Assembly: GCA_028023455.1 (NCBI GenBank)
Contig: JAQFVV010000001.1
Span: 5,146,001 to 5,210,000, forward strand
Length of the DNA stretch: 64,000 nt
Reading direction: 5' to 3'
Source of the DNA: Epiperipatus broadwayi
Lineage: Eukaryota > Animalia > Onychophora
In this document: one piece after another, positions 26,611 through 39,124 of the stretch
Numbering within the stretch: position 1 is the first letter of the stretch
How the letters are laid out: each line of letters opens with the position of its first letter
Notes under the pieces: generated by a model
Databases searched by the model: none
What the model was told of the DNA's origin: nothing
What the model saw: only the letters and a program-made list of their open reading frames with translations
Position numbers and translations under genes: made by a program

Positions 26611-27129
26611 GAGTAGGCATTAGATAGGGATTTTATGCACAGGCCTTCTGGCATCCATTGATTACTCTGTTTAGCACAGGTGGCAATACTGTATGGAAAG
26701 TTTTGCTCTGTTTATCAACAATTAATGTGCTAGTATAGGAAATGTGATCATGTGATTTGCAAAATGTTTAATATATTACTGAGGATGAAGAAAAAAAAAA
26801 TTATCCAGCATAACTGATCTGGATAGTACACTAGATTAAAAACATTTATTTGGACATCTAGATACTATTGGAATATAAAATATGCTGAATGAAAAATAAA
26901 GTTTTGGGGGCATAGATGAAATGGATCTCATGCATTCTGAAGTAAAATTTACTGAAAAATATTAGTTCAGGAAAACATTCTATTTACTATTCACTCCATA
27001 TCAAAGAATTGTTTTGTGGCTTCTATTATGGGTGGAATATTTCAAGGATTATTCTGTGAATGACTCATTGATATAATTTTAATTTTGTGAATGTTTGTTT
27101 AATTGAATAACTATACAACATATTTTCAA

Positions 27130-27305
27130 ACAACTCAGACAAGTGAAGAAGAAATCAAAGTTTTATAATAAAGTTCAGATAGAAATTCATAAAATTTTCA
27201 GACAAGACATACTTTTAGTGATTAGTGACAGGAATAAGAAAGTTGGAAACAGAAAAGAAGAAAATGTTATTGATCAATATGGACTTTGAAGCTGAAGAAT
27301 GGCTG
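27130..27305 (+). mobile_element. BovB-like RTE endonuclease fragment
   Basis: TTQTSEEEI.FYNKVQIEIHKIFRQDILLVISDRNKKVGNRKEENVIDQYGL resembles the APE segment YAPT...FY..LQ......D.L...GD.NAKVG....G..G. Confidence 0.6.
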
Positions 27306-29231
27306 TTTTATTATATTTTTTTTGGTTAATATATCACAGTTCCTTTTTATCATATTCTTATTGCAGAAAAATTTTCTGTTTTTGATATCATTTATTATAT
27401 AGCACACTCATCTTGTTAAAGCCACATTTTTGCTTTTGGACAGAGTATTGATTTAAACTACAATATGATTTTAATAAATTTTAAATATAATCATCTCATA
27501 TATCATCAAAATTAGCAGAAATTTAAAATATTTTAGAATTAAAAGAGAAAAGGGGAAAGAAAACTAGTATATGCATACATTTAGGTCCATAGTTAAAATT
27601 CCAAATTTATATATGTTTATATTTTAAAATAAATAAATACAATTTGTTGCTTATAAATATATATTTTTAAGGGTTTAAAAGAAATTTAATTTTTTTTTTT
27701 TTTTTAATATTGGGATGATTTTGCTTTTTGACTATTTTATTCCTAAATAATCATTTAAAATCAGTTATTGTTCAAGAACAGTCGGCTTTGTTTCATATTT
27801 GATCTCAGACATCGGTTAGCTTGTGATTCTGGTTATCTGCTTGCTAACTAAAAATATTGCTGCTGAAAGTTTCAACATATTTTCTATCCTTTTGTCCATA
27901 AATTTTGTATTGCACAAAAGTTTTTAATACATACTTTATAAGACTTTTTTTTTTTTTACTTTTAAGAATGAGGTGTTTTATGAAAACTTTAAATAATGAA
28001 TAAAAATTAAACTAAGACAAAAAAATAGAAAACATATTTAAGCTAAAGGACTGGGCTTCAAAATTTCCAAGATAAAAAAAAACATATTACAGACTGAATT
28101 ATACATTTTTGCTTATTAATTTCTTATCATTTGTTTTTGGTCTACAAATAGACTAGCATTAATCCACAAATATGAGTTCAAATTCAGAAAATTTTCAATA
28201 AGTCCAGACATTCAAATATAAATCTATAATTATATCAACAAAATGAAAAATGCTGAAAAATTAAGCTTAAAATATTAACCATATATGAAACTTATTAGTA
28301 AATATTTATTAAAAAGATAATTTAATAAAATAATAAATTTAAGTTCATTACTTATATTTACTTAATCCAGAGAAGTTTTGCATTGGTACATGGCAGAAAT
28401 TTTATTACTGAATTGTAATAAAAGTTGTAAATGATGATAAAAAGAGGAATGTTTAAAAAGTTTAATTTATAATATTAATAAATACCTGTATTGCTTTAAA
28501 AACCATAATTAAGTAATTGAAAATACATTTTAATTTATTAACTATTTACTTCTGTCTACAATGGAGCCATAATATTTACTATATTTTATTTCAAGCTTCA
28601 ATTGCGTACATGGAACGTCATGTACAATAGCTTACTTTTGTTAATAAGTTTTGATTACAACAGAGTACATATTGTTTATTGAACTGCAAATATGCAGTAC
28701 ATTTCAACATGCATATATATATAACACAGACAGACACTTTTATATGTATAGTGTGCATATAGAAATTTATAGTGTAAACAAATTTTTTTAAAAAAGTAGT
28801 TATTAATAATCAATTGAGGTGATACATTTACATATATATTTACTACATGGGTGTTCATTTATTCACATTTACTTAATAATAAAAACCACTAGAATGAATA
28901 GTGAAATTCCAACTTTCTTCATAATTAAATATGCTCTTGGTGATATCTTACTTTTTCAATAAGTCTTGTTAATCATAATTATGCTCTCTCTAATAGCTAC
29001 TGCTGTATTTATAAAACTTATTAAATTTACAATTTTGTAGATTTTTTTATTATTTATTTACATTTTTTTTTGGGATAGCATATAATTAAAATAGCATATA
29101 TTGGGATTCACTGTACTTAAAATTTTGTTTTGTCAAATAGTAAAAAATTATTATAAAAGTTTCAATGTCTTTGTATGATGAACTATAAAAATGAATGCTA
29201 CATGAAAATTATTTTTCTGTCTAAATTTTGG

Positions 29232-29761
29232 GATTTGAACACAAACTTTCAAGCTCCCTTCAGCTATCCACTTTATCTTATATAACTGATACACATGACC
29301 ACATACATGTGGAAAAGATAAATGATCTTCAATATATGTATTTCATGCTAAACCAGCACTCACCATTTGGTCCAGGTCATCATTTCTCCCACACATATAT
29401 AATTAATGCTATGTTTTCAAACTTTAATAGACAGGCTTCAATCTTCTCCACTCTCCAATTCTTCAGCCATCTATATTATTGAAAATTTGATAATGGAAGA
29501 GTTGGAGAGTGGAGAAGATTGAAGCCTGTCCATTAAAATTTTGAAGATTTTCTATCTTAATAAAAACTGAGCACTGATTATATATTTATATGTGTGTGTG
29601 TAGAAATAATGATCTGGACAAACTGATGAGTGCTGGTTCAGCATGAAATACTACACTGGAGATCATTTATATTTTTCACATGAACTTGGTCATATGTATC
29701 AGTTATATAAGATAGCTGAAGGGAATTTGAAAGTCTGTGTTCAAATTCCCTTCTAATTACA
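29232..29761. mobile_element. ~530-bp palindromic family D element with two outward-facing decayed hammerheads (29321-29380 on -, 29608-29667 on +)
   Basis: The arms mirror each other around a ~30-bp loop (~29465-29496). Possible 12-bp TSD TCTAAA(T/G)TTT(G/A)G at 29220-29231 and 29762-29773 (10/12 match). Confidence 0.8.
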
Positions 29762-32700
29762 TCTAAAGTTTAGTATATACATTATACTCATATTCAAATA
29801 TTAAATATTTAGTGTAGAAATTTGAACATTTGGATTATTCATACCGAGCAAATAATGAATGAAGTAACATGACTTTTTAATAAATAACTTTTTTTATAAA
29901 GAGGAAATGTATTTTGAAAACATAATGAAAATTGTTACTTTTTTCAAAAAAGAAATTTTTAATATACAATTGCACTGCAAATAAATGCACATTTATATAC
30001 TTATAGATAAATTAAAAATTGTCATAAAAAGTGTATTGATATTATTCAGTATATCATATTGCATTAAGTGGATGATGTAATATTTTACAGCTATTTTACT
30101 TACACTTTTTTGATATTTTGCTTAAAAATTTCTGTGTAGATAATTGGGATTTTCATGTAGCTTATGGATAACTTTCAATTCATTCATAAAAATGTGTTAT
30201 AGGTAGTAATGTGATCATATGTTATTGTTTTTGTTTAAATCTTGGCTGATGTACTAATTTTCCAATCTGATATGAAAAACTTGACTAAATAAAATTTGTT
30301 ATTGAAAATAAACTTTTGATGTAGAATCCCATAGGGGGTGGGGGTGGGGTGAGTATTGTACAGATAAGTTGTTGATTTGCACAGAGTTTAAGAGTAAATT
30401 TAACTTGTTTAAACATACATTATGGATATTAAACTCTGATTATGGATTTCTTTTAGTAGCTAATGTAATAATTTGACATTGGAAGTCATCACAACTTGAT
30501 AAAATTTATTATTTGTTTAATTTATTATTGAAATGACTTTTATTTTTAGAAGTTGTTTAATTTCTTTATAAAACCTAGATAAAAAAACTGACCAAAATTT
30601 CTCTTTTTGTAATGTCAATTAAAGGGAATAGGATTAGACATTAGAGGTTGCTATTACATTTTATCATTCATTTATTATTGAAAATAAACTTTTAGCATAG
30701 ACTTGTAGTTTTTACTGTTTCAAAATTATGAAATAGATGGAAAAATTGTATATCTCATGGTATTCTTTTTTGACTCATTTTAAATTAAATTAATGGAAAT
30801 ATATTTTCACATATAGAATAGAAAGTTTTTTGTTTTTGTATGTCCTATACAGTTGAAAAAAAAATCTATATGATTATATGTATGCACATATATGTGTTAC
30901 ATGTATTTACATAGTATTCAGATTTTAATTTGATTTTTTTTAACAATTCAACTTTTTTATTAATGCATGTGCTGCAGGAGCATGTAATTCCATACTGGTT
31001 AATGTGAAAGTGTTTGAAAAAAGGATATGAAATTTTTGCAATTAGGATTATGATAGTGTACAAAAGATACTTTTGGACTTTTGTAAGTTTATTTAGAAAG
31101 TCCTGTAATAAGTTATTTAATACTTTTATTCAAAATTTCTTTATTAAATATGTGAGCTATATTTGTGTAAATAATATCCACATTTTATATACTCCATGAA
31201 GTATTCTCATAACAATAACCTTAATAATAATTGAATACATTGTAACTCAAAAAGTCATATGATATTGGAGCATCAGAAGTGACAATATTCAAGTCAGCCA
31301 TTTTAACAACATATTAAACCATGCAGTGCTCTGAATTTGTTGATTCTTCTTTAGTAAGGCAATATTGAATAATAATGTCTGATTTAGAAACTTATACAAC
31401 ATCCATTCATAGATCCTTTTATATTAAACTATAGAAATTAACAACTAGAAAGTTGTTTAATGCAGTGATAACATGTAGTCTTAAAAGTTAACAGTTCTTG
31501 GATTGAAGCTACACTGATCACTTTGATGCTCATACATGATATGACTGCTCAAACAATCACTATTTGATTATGTGTTGTCCTATGCAGTTTAGGGCCATGG
31601 TCAATGATGGACTCAAAAATTAAAGATTTCCAGATTAAAATTTAACCAATCACTTTGGGAGTCAAATGTCACCCAAACTTCCAAGAAATAATCTTTTGAT
31701 TATTAATTTTTTTAAAATTGCCCCACTTTGCTTGCCATTAAAATATATAATTAATGAATTAGTTTATATCATATCTGGGTAAGTAAGTTGACTTTTATTC
31801 TCATCTTTAATTGTTGCTGCAAATATATTAATAATCATGTAAGGATTGTAGCATTTTACTTTATCATTTTATTTTTTATTATGACTGTACCAATTGTATA
31901 CAAAGCATGTTCTGTCTCTTAGTATAGTTGTTCAAATATTTTACAGCAATCCATCTCTCCTCAATCTTGTTTTTTTTTTTTTTTAGTTTGCTTTTTAAGT
32001 GAAAACTTTCTCTACATTGCTAAATCGCAGAACATTTCAAGTTGATTCTACAAAGCAATACACAATAATTAAACCCCTTATATAGTATTTTATCCCAATC
32101 ACTATCTTATTACAGGCTGCAAAACAAACAGATTTGAATTAATTTATATTAAATAATCTGTTATTTGAAGGTCAACTGATATTCAGTCATCAAAATGAGA
32201 GAATATGTATAACAGGTCCACTTCAGATGTTTTCTTTCATTGCTTTAGCTTTTGACCCTGCTTTTTTTTCCATTATCTAACTTATACTATCTTGGAAAAC
32301 AGTTATAATTTGTTACCATTAATAGCACCATTATCAGACATTGCCAAATGGAATATATCATTATATATAAAAATATATGTTGGCAAATATCAACCAGATG
32401 AACTCACTATTGTACCACCAATGAATATATGGGTTAAAAAAAACATATTCTACGTTACGTATATAATCATTTAATAATAAATGATCAAATTGATTTTAAA
32501 TGAAAAAAAAATGAGAATAATAAAATATAAATTATATGTTTTTAGAGTTTTTTTTTTTAAATGCAAACTTGCAAAAATAAAGTATTGCTTCACATTTGTC
32601 TTTTAAAAATGAAAGACAGTTTTATTATTAAAGAGTGAATAGGGTGGGGGATATAATTCTTAATTAAAAGCTAAAACAAGCTCTCCTTTTTATAAATAAA

Positions 32701-34766
32701 GAAATAATAATGAAAGTATGTAAAAATGAAATTAAATTAAAAATATAATTTGTAACATTTTTAATTTTTGCAATTCATTAAAGATTACTTGGCTGATAAA
32801 AAGAAAAGATAACTTCCATTTGAACTAATCAAAGAAACAAAGGAAAAGACTACAGGAACTATCTTATTGAAGTATTAGATTAATCTAAGCAAGAGATTAA
32901 ATTAAAATGGAATGAAAAAATTAATTAAGGAAATATAAAATTAATTAAATTAGATCGAAGGACGATAAAGAGAAACAATGAGAAAGAAACATAAAAGGAC
33001 TGAGAGATGATTGAGTGTCATTATTATCATTATTATTGCCAGTCAGATTGTTTCAGACACAGTAAAATTATTCTTCACCACTGCTGTATTATTAAAAATT
33101 TTAAAGAGTTGGTGAAAAGCTATTCACATTTCCAGTATGCGTGTGCATAGACCCATCTTCACTGAAGGCTGACCTAGCAGCATGCAGAGGTAAACCACAA
33201 CCGAAGTATATGGCTAGTCACCGATCCCAGTTTTCAATACCATCAGATGTTCTCCACCTGGAACTCATGCTGTCTCGTGATCTGTGAACTACCAATAATC
33301 TCTCATTTGAAACTGGAAAATCACTAATAAGCCAAAACCATCGATGGAAAGAAAAGGCCAACCAGTTAGTAATCAACAGATAAGAAAACAAACAAGGAAC
33401 TGAATTCATAAAGTATGAAGCACTATCCAAAATCCTAGGTAAATATAATTCTTATTCTCCGATGCTAAAGATTCATTCATATAAGTGAATGAACGAACTT
33501 TAATACACTCTAATAGTTACAGTCGACATAATCTTTAATATTACATTCTTATATTTGTATTATATTATACGTAGGTGTGTGTATATAATTTTTTTATTGT
33601 ATCATGGTATAATTATGCTGATGTGTAAAATAAAATGTTTACTTGTTGTCCGATCGATTCTCTCTCTTATAACTGCATCACTAGTAGGTTAAGTTATAAT
33701 TAACTACAAAGTATTGGGCAAGATGTGTCAGAGATTTTCCCCCACAATAGAGAAAAGGAGGTAGCTTGGGATGTATCAAGTGCTGGATTGTGCACTTGTA
33801 GTCTGGGTATGCTGACTATATAATCTGTGGTTACCTGGCACCTGAGGTTAACCCTCAAAACAAATAAAGTGCTTGGATGGCAGGGGTTTAAATCTAGCAG
33901 TTGAGAAGTGCTATAGACTGGAAATGTGATTATACTTCGTATAGCTTCGGTCTGAGGGTAGGTACCGTGGATGTTTAATCTATCTGTGGTATTATACTTC
34001 TCTGCTTGATGGGCCAGTCTGCTGCTATAGTGGAAATGCAGCATGAGTTAAAATTGAGATTTAAAGAAACTGGTCAGAGTGATTTTCTCTGACCTGGTTC
34101 ACTATATTTCATAGCAGATATTAACTTATCACCACATTTATCATTTAATTTTAAAATATAAGAAATAAGTTTAAATGATTTTCAAAGATTCGGAGTCTTA
34201 TATGAGCAGCACAAATATGTTGACTACCATTTACAGGTAAATCTATTTCATATACAGAAGCGATTTAAACATTTGAGATTATTCAAATGGAAGAAAGAAA
34301 AGTCATTGCAAATATAAACAAATCAAAAAGTAGTTTCTCAAAATATGCAACTCTCTAATCACAAGATTTTATAGATTGATAACAAATTATTGAAATTGGA
34401 TACATTATCAGATACATCTCAAATGCAATTCAACATAACACAGAAGATCTCAACTCAGGAAATCATAAACAAAATATTAGAGTTTCATTGCAACAATATT
34501 GAGTAATTGTTTTTTTTTTTCATTTAACATTTTTTTTTACTAAACATCAATTATTCTAGTAACCATGGATATAAACTTTACAAGCTATAGATTTCCAGAA
34601 GACTTATTATATGAAATAATAAACACAAATACCATAGTCCAACATATTATCACAAATAATTGATGTATACATGCCATATACTGGAGCGTGTGTGTGTACA
34701 TGAAAGTAAAAGTAGCAGAAATGTGAATCACTAAAGTTGAGTCACATGTTTTCTGTCTTTGTAATT

Positions 34767-34870
34767 TTTTTTTTTTTTTAAGTGTCATAGCATCGGCCGG
34801 GACGCGAACCCGCAACCCGGGCAACTACCTACAAGGCGGTCGCGCTGACCTCTCGACCACCAATGCAAGA
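34767..34870 (-). mobile_element. Young short tRNA-derived SINE with poly-A and a 10-bp TSD
   Basis: On -: TGGTGGTCGAGAGG (A-box)...GGGTTCGCGTCCC (B-box)...ATGACACTT plus an A-run. Direct repeat CTTTGTAATT at 34757-34766 and 34871-34880. CpGs are intact. Confidence 0.8.
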
Positions 34871-35264
34871 CTTTGTAATTATGATTTGTTTTTCTCAAAA
34901 CAAGTATTTATATATAATCAATGAAATGGTCCACATTTATTACAAACTGTTTTTTTCTATGTCTGCATTGATTGCCCCTGAAACTGTGACAAACTTGCCT
35001 AAATTTGAAGAAATACGTTTTTACTTAAGAGTATTTGTTCAAATATATTATTTTAAAAATAATTTATTATAGTATGACTATATGTTTTTATGCATATATT
35101 TGTTTAAAACTTTCTTTATACAATTTTTAAAATACAATGTTTTTTTTTCATGTAGAATATATCGTTAATTTTTTTCTTTTGTAATACTATTTTATTTTCC
35201 AGTTGGCCTAACAATTGGCAGTAAATCTTTTTTCCATTTTTTTTTTTTGGTCCAGTGTCTTTAG

Positions 35265-35348
35265 GTGTAGACGCTATGACCAACCAGACCATGCTTGGGT
35301 TGTTTTGGCTAGACAACAGCAACTCCTCCTGCGGGAGCCACACCCTAT
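35265..35348 (+). other. Candidate upstream exon of the KLF gene (frame and donor unresolved)
   Basis: GC-rich island behind pyrimidine-rich acceptors (CCAG at 35256, TTAG at 35264), with two open frames. No convincing phase-1 donor was found to join 35575. Confidence 0.25.
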
Positions 35349-35574
35349 GTTTATACTTAGTTTATTTCTGTCTGCATTGCCACACCAGTTAATGAAATTA
35401 GTCTGAATCGTAATATTGTTTGTGAGATTTTAGCCACATATGAAATTTGTTACAACTTTTTGTTGTTTTTATTTTAAGAATGCAGAGTAAGAGACAAAGC
35501 ATAGTAAAATATTGTTTTTGTGTTACGACCTTGTTTTCAATCTGTTTAATTAGTTTTACCTTTTTCATTTTTAG

Positions 35575-35671
35575 AATCACACGACGATCATCCGACAGTT
35601 ACGCTGGAATCTGTGAATAGGATAGGATCTACTGCACTATTGTCTTTGCAAAGGATCAAAGAGGCTTCTTT
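35575..35671 (+). CDS. dar1: Dar1-like Kruppel-like factor, internal coding exon (SHDDHPTVTLESVNRIGSTALLSLQRIKEAS)
   Basis: Acceptor TTTTTCATTTTTAG, donor GTAAGT, 97 nt. Only one frame is open, and its phase-2 end joins 35890 in frame. From memory the LESVNRIG...LQRIK motif occurs in insect Dar1 proteins. Confidence 0.75.
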
Positions 35672-35889
35672 GTAAGTAATGTTGCTATATACTGTTTATT
35701 TTTTTTAATCACTTAAAATATATAAATTGCTCGTTTTATTTTGAAAGAAATAGGAAGACATTTTTTTTTTTTACTCGTTTGTTATTATTGTGACCTTTTA
35801 GTAAAAATTTAACTATATATATTTAAAATAAATAAATAATTAAGTGAACATTGTAGTTTTAAATATATATATTTTATATGTATGTGAAG

Positions 35890-36080
35890 AGCACTTGGAA
35901 ATCCTATGAACAATCATCCTCGGATTATGCCACCAACTGGGTCAGTGATGGCAGCGCCCTCATCAGAAGTATTTAACGACACATTAAAAAGAAGAAAGGT
36001 GCACAAGTGTGATTTTGAAGGGTGTGAAAAGGTTTACACTAAAAGCTCCCACTTAAAGGCACATAAACGAACACATACAG
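35890..36080 (+). CDS. dar1: Dar1-like KLF, exon with the basic region and zinc finger 1
   Basis: [15 protein letters not shown]...[32 protein letters not shown]. Donor GTAAAT at 36081. The acceptor AG at 35888-35889 is weak but in frame; the ATG at 35906 is an alternative start. Confidence 0.9.
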
Positions 36081-36282
36081 GTAAATAATTTTAATATAAA
36101 GTTGATTTAGTATGGCGAATATGTACACACAAAAATGTAAACAGTAGGTTTATGCACGCATGTATATAAAGTATATGAATTTAATTAATAAAAAAGCTTA
36201 TTTATTAAGTCGGTGATGCAAATTTTTTCGTTTATGTGTAACATTATAAAAATTGAGTTGATCTTGTAAAGTGACATCTCAA

Positions 36283-36525
36283 ATTTATAATGTTGCTCGT
36301 ATTTCGAAGAAAGACTTTAGACCTAATGAATTACCACTAATTGATGATGACAATGTGCCTTGTGTATGAAACTTGAAATATATTAGTATCATTATTGTAA
36401 AGTAACAAATCATATTTATAATGTTGCTCATTTCTTGAAAAAAGGCTTTAGGTCTAGGGAACTATCGCCAGCTGATGGCTGATTATGTGCTCTGTGTATA
36501 AAACTTTAAATATTTTAATTTCATT
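36283..36525. repeat. Diverged 131-bp tandem duplication
   Basis: ATTTATAATGTTGCTC starts at 36283 and 36414, and the downstream blocks align loosely. Confidence 0.65.
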
Positions 36526-37325
36526 ACATATTATATATACTAAGCGTAAACTTATTGTATAATTGATTGACAATTTTTTTTAGCTACCACATGCATATTA
36601 TTGTCTGGCTCATCATGACCTTTGTTGCAATTTTTTCAGTATTCTTTTTTATCTGAATTTATAAATGAATCATTTAATATAATTGTAATTATATATTGGA
36701 CTATTTCCATTATATAATATTAATTGTTTAATGTTCTTAGAAAAAATCAAACTTCATTTAAACTTCTCAAATGCACTCATCTGTTAGTAATACCACACAG
36801 GTTAGTAGGACAACCACATGCAATTGTACAAGTTGTGTGAGCACAAAGGTGCTTCATCATTGAGTTCTCATGTCGCCTTATACATAAATGAAAATATGTA
36901 ATTTTCTGAAACACTATTGTTAGAAACATGTTTTGGTTGTAATATTTATTTAAGTAGGATTACTGTTCTCAAAATATACTACATATGTTGTGCTAAATTG
37001 AACAGATCAGTGGCCATATCAGCACACAATAATTCATAAAATTTATACAAAATGAAAATGTTTAGAATTCTGAACTAAATATGAGGATTACTTTTTTACG
37101 TAGTTTTATGATATTTGTTCTAATATAATACATATATGCTCTACCATTGTGCTAAATTGAATAGATCAATGGTATATTGCCATGATAATTTATTAAATTT
37201 ACATGTAAATGAAAATGTTTAGATTTCTGAATCACTTTTATTTAAATATCTTAATTTGTATAAAAATAACTCAACACTATTTAAAAAATATTGCCTCATA
37301 ATAATTACAGTAATTATGCATTATG

Positions 37326-38138
37326 TTGTTGAAAACAATTGTATAGTAATTACTTTTATCATCATATTTTATAAGTATCAGTATAGAATGTTCTATCTAG
37401 TGGTAATGGTAGAATATCAGACTCAGAAATATGGGCTCCTGGGATAGATTCCAGTGCTGTTTATAACGAGCATTCATTCTTTTTAAAACCAATATATATA
37501 TATTTACATGTTTTACTAATCTGCTTTTCCTTGGATTTGAACTGCTAGGAAGTTTGTTTCCTAGCTAAAGATTCATAATTGATCCATAATATTACTCAAA
37601 TACATGACAGTCCAAATTCAAGGAAAATAGAATCACTGAAAAAAATTTTTCCTAAAAAGATATTGTGAGCATTTCTTCTCTTAATCCTTAACCCCTATAT
37701 CAGACTGTATAGTGTGAATATAATAATATTGTTGAAAACAATTGTATAGTAATTACTTTTATCATCATATTTTATAAGTATCAGTATAGAATGTTCTATC
37801 TAGTGGTAATGGTAGAATATCAGACTCAGAAATATGGGCTTCTGGGATAGATTCCAGTGCTGTTTATAACGAGCATTCATTCTTTTTAAAACCAATATAA
37901 TATATATATATTTTTTACATGTTTTACTAATCTGCTTTTCCTTGGATTTGAACTGCTAGGAAGTTTGTTTCCTAGCTAAAGATTCATAATTGATCTATCA
38001 TATTACTCAAATACATGACAGTCCAAATTCAAGGAAAATAGAATCAGTGAAAAAATATTTCTTAAAAAGATATTGTGAGCATTTCTTTTCTTAATCCTTA
38101 ACCCCTATATCAGACTGTATAAGTGTGAATATAATAAT
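37326..38138. repeat. Recent ~403-bp tandem duplication containing a tRNA-SINE-like head
   Basis: Copies start at 37326 and 37729 with only scattered differences. Each contains TAGTGGTAATGG...GGATAGATTCC. Confidence 0.92.
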
Positions 38139-38365
38139 GTATAGCATGTATAATAGAACTAAGTTATTATACTGAAATGAGCATATAAAAATTAAATCAT
38201 GAAGTAGTGTAAATATTCTACTATCGAACAAATATTTGAGAAAATTTTGTTAATAGAAAATGTAAATAAGTTATGCATGAGAGAGTCTGAATGAAATTAA
38301 GAGTAACAAATAAGAGTTATTTTTAACAAACTAATTAATATGCTGGTTAGAGTGGACCTAGTTAA

Positions 38366-39124
38366 CCTTTCAATAGGGTTCAACGCATTGCTGCGTCAAA
38401 GGCTTTGGATCGCTCTAAATCGGTTATTTTTTGAGCTATAGTGACGTATTTATACCCATTGGAAACTTTAGAAAAAGTTCCGTAAGATGCTGCCATCTCT
38501 TGAATTATTTTACAAGTAAAAAATCAATATTAGGAGGGTTTTAAGTTGAACAAGAGGAAGGCCAATGCTGATTGGTTGGATAATTTATTCTCAATCTATT
38601 CTCAATTCTTATTGGCTGATGATTTCAATAAATATGTTTTCACTGCTGAAAATGAAAATATATGTTTTAGAGTGTTTTTTTTAATTATTTTTCGTACATA
38701 TTATAGATTATCTGCTGAAAATATAGTTATTTTACAAAAGTAGTAAGGTTTTATTAAAAAATTATATACTTTACACGATTGTAAATTAAAAATTTTACTA
38801 AAAAATTCTTTAAAAATTCGTAACGGTAGATCTGGGAGGGATATAAATGACATTTACTTTGCTTGTAATTTATTCGTAATGTTTTCTTTGATTTTTCCGC
38901 TTTTGAATATTTCTATAAAATAAAAAAATAAAAATATATTTTTGAAAAAACATTCGTTTACTTTCCTAACATTACAAATAATTAATATACTTTTTGAAAA
39001 CGAAACTAAAATTAATATATATTAAAAGATGAAAATATTTCAATCAAAGAGTTTGTCAATTGACCAATTAAAACTTTCAGAGTTTTACCTCTCTTGGCCA
39101 ATAATGAAGTGCCCCACGAAAAGG
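38366..39124. mobile_element. piggyBac-like MITE, 759 bp
   Basis: TTAA|CCTTTCAATAGGG ... CCCCACGAAAAGG|TTAA; TTAA on both sides. Confidence 0.65.

Larger units (their letters stand above)
26247..26753 (+). mobile_element. Fold-back hammerhead retro-element, family B, best-preserved copy
   Basis: A 157-bp left arm (26247-26403) is the near-perfect inverse of 26559-26715. There is a ~38-nt 3' tail and a 13-bp direct repeat GATTTGCAAAATG at 26234-26246 and 26754-26766. Confidence 0.88.

Noticed and set aside
12741-26753. Reading family B (and D) as ordinary TIR MITEs
   Set aside because: Arm length varies from ~28 to 157 bp (longer in family D), the right side extends past the inverted arm, the TSDs are 12-14 bp and one copy is a partial tandem. 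None of this fits cut-and-paste MITEs.
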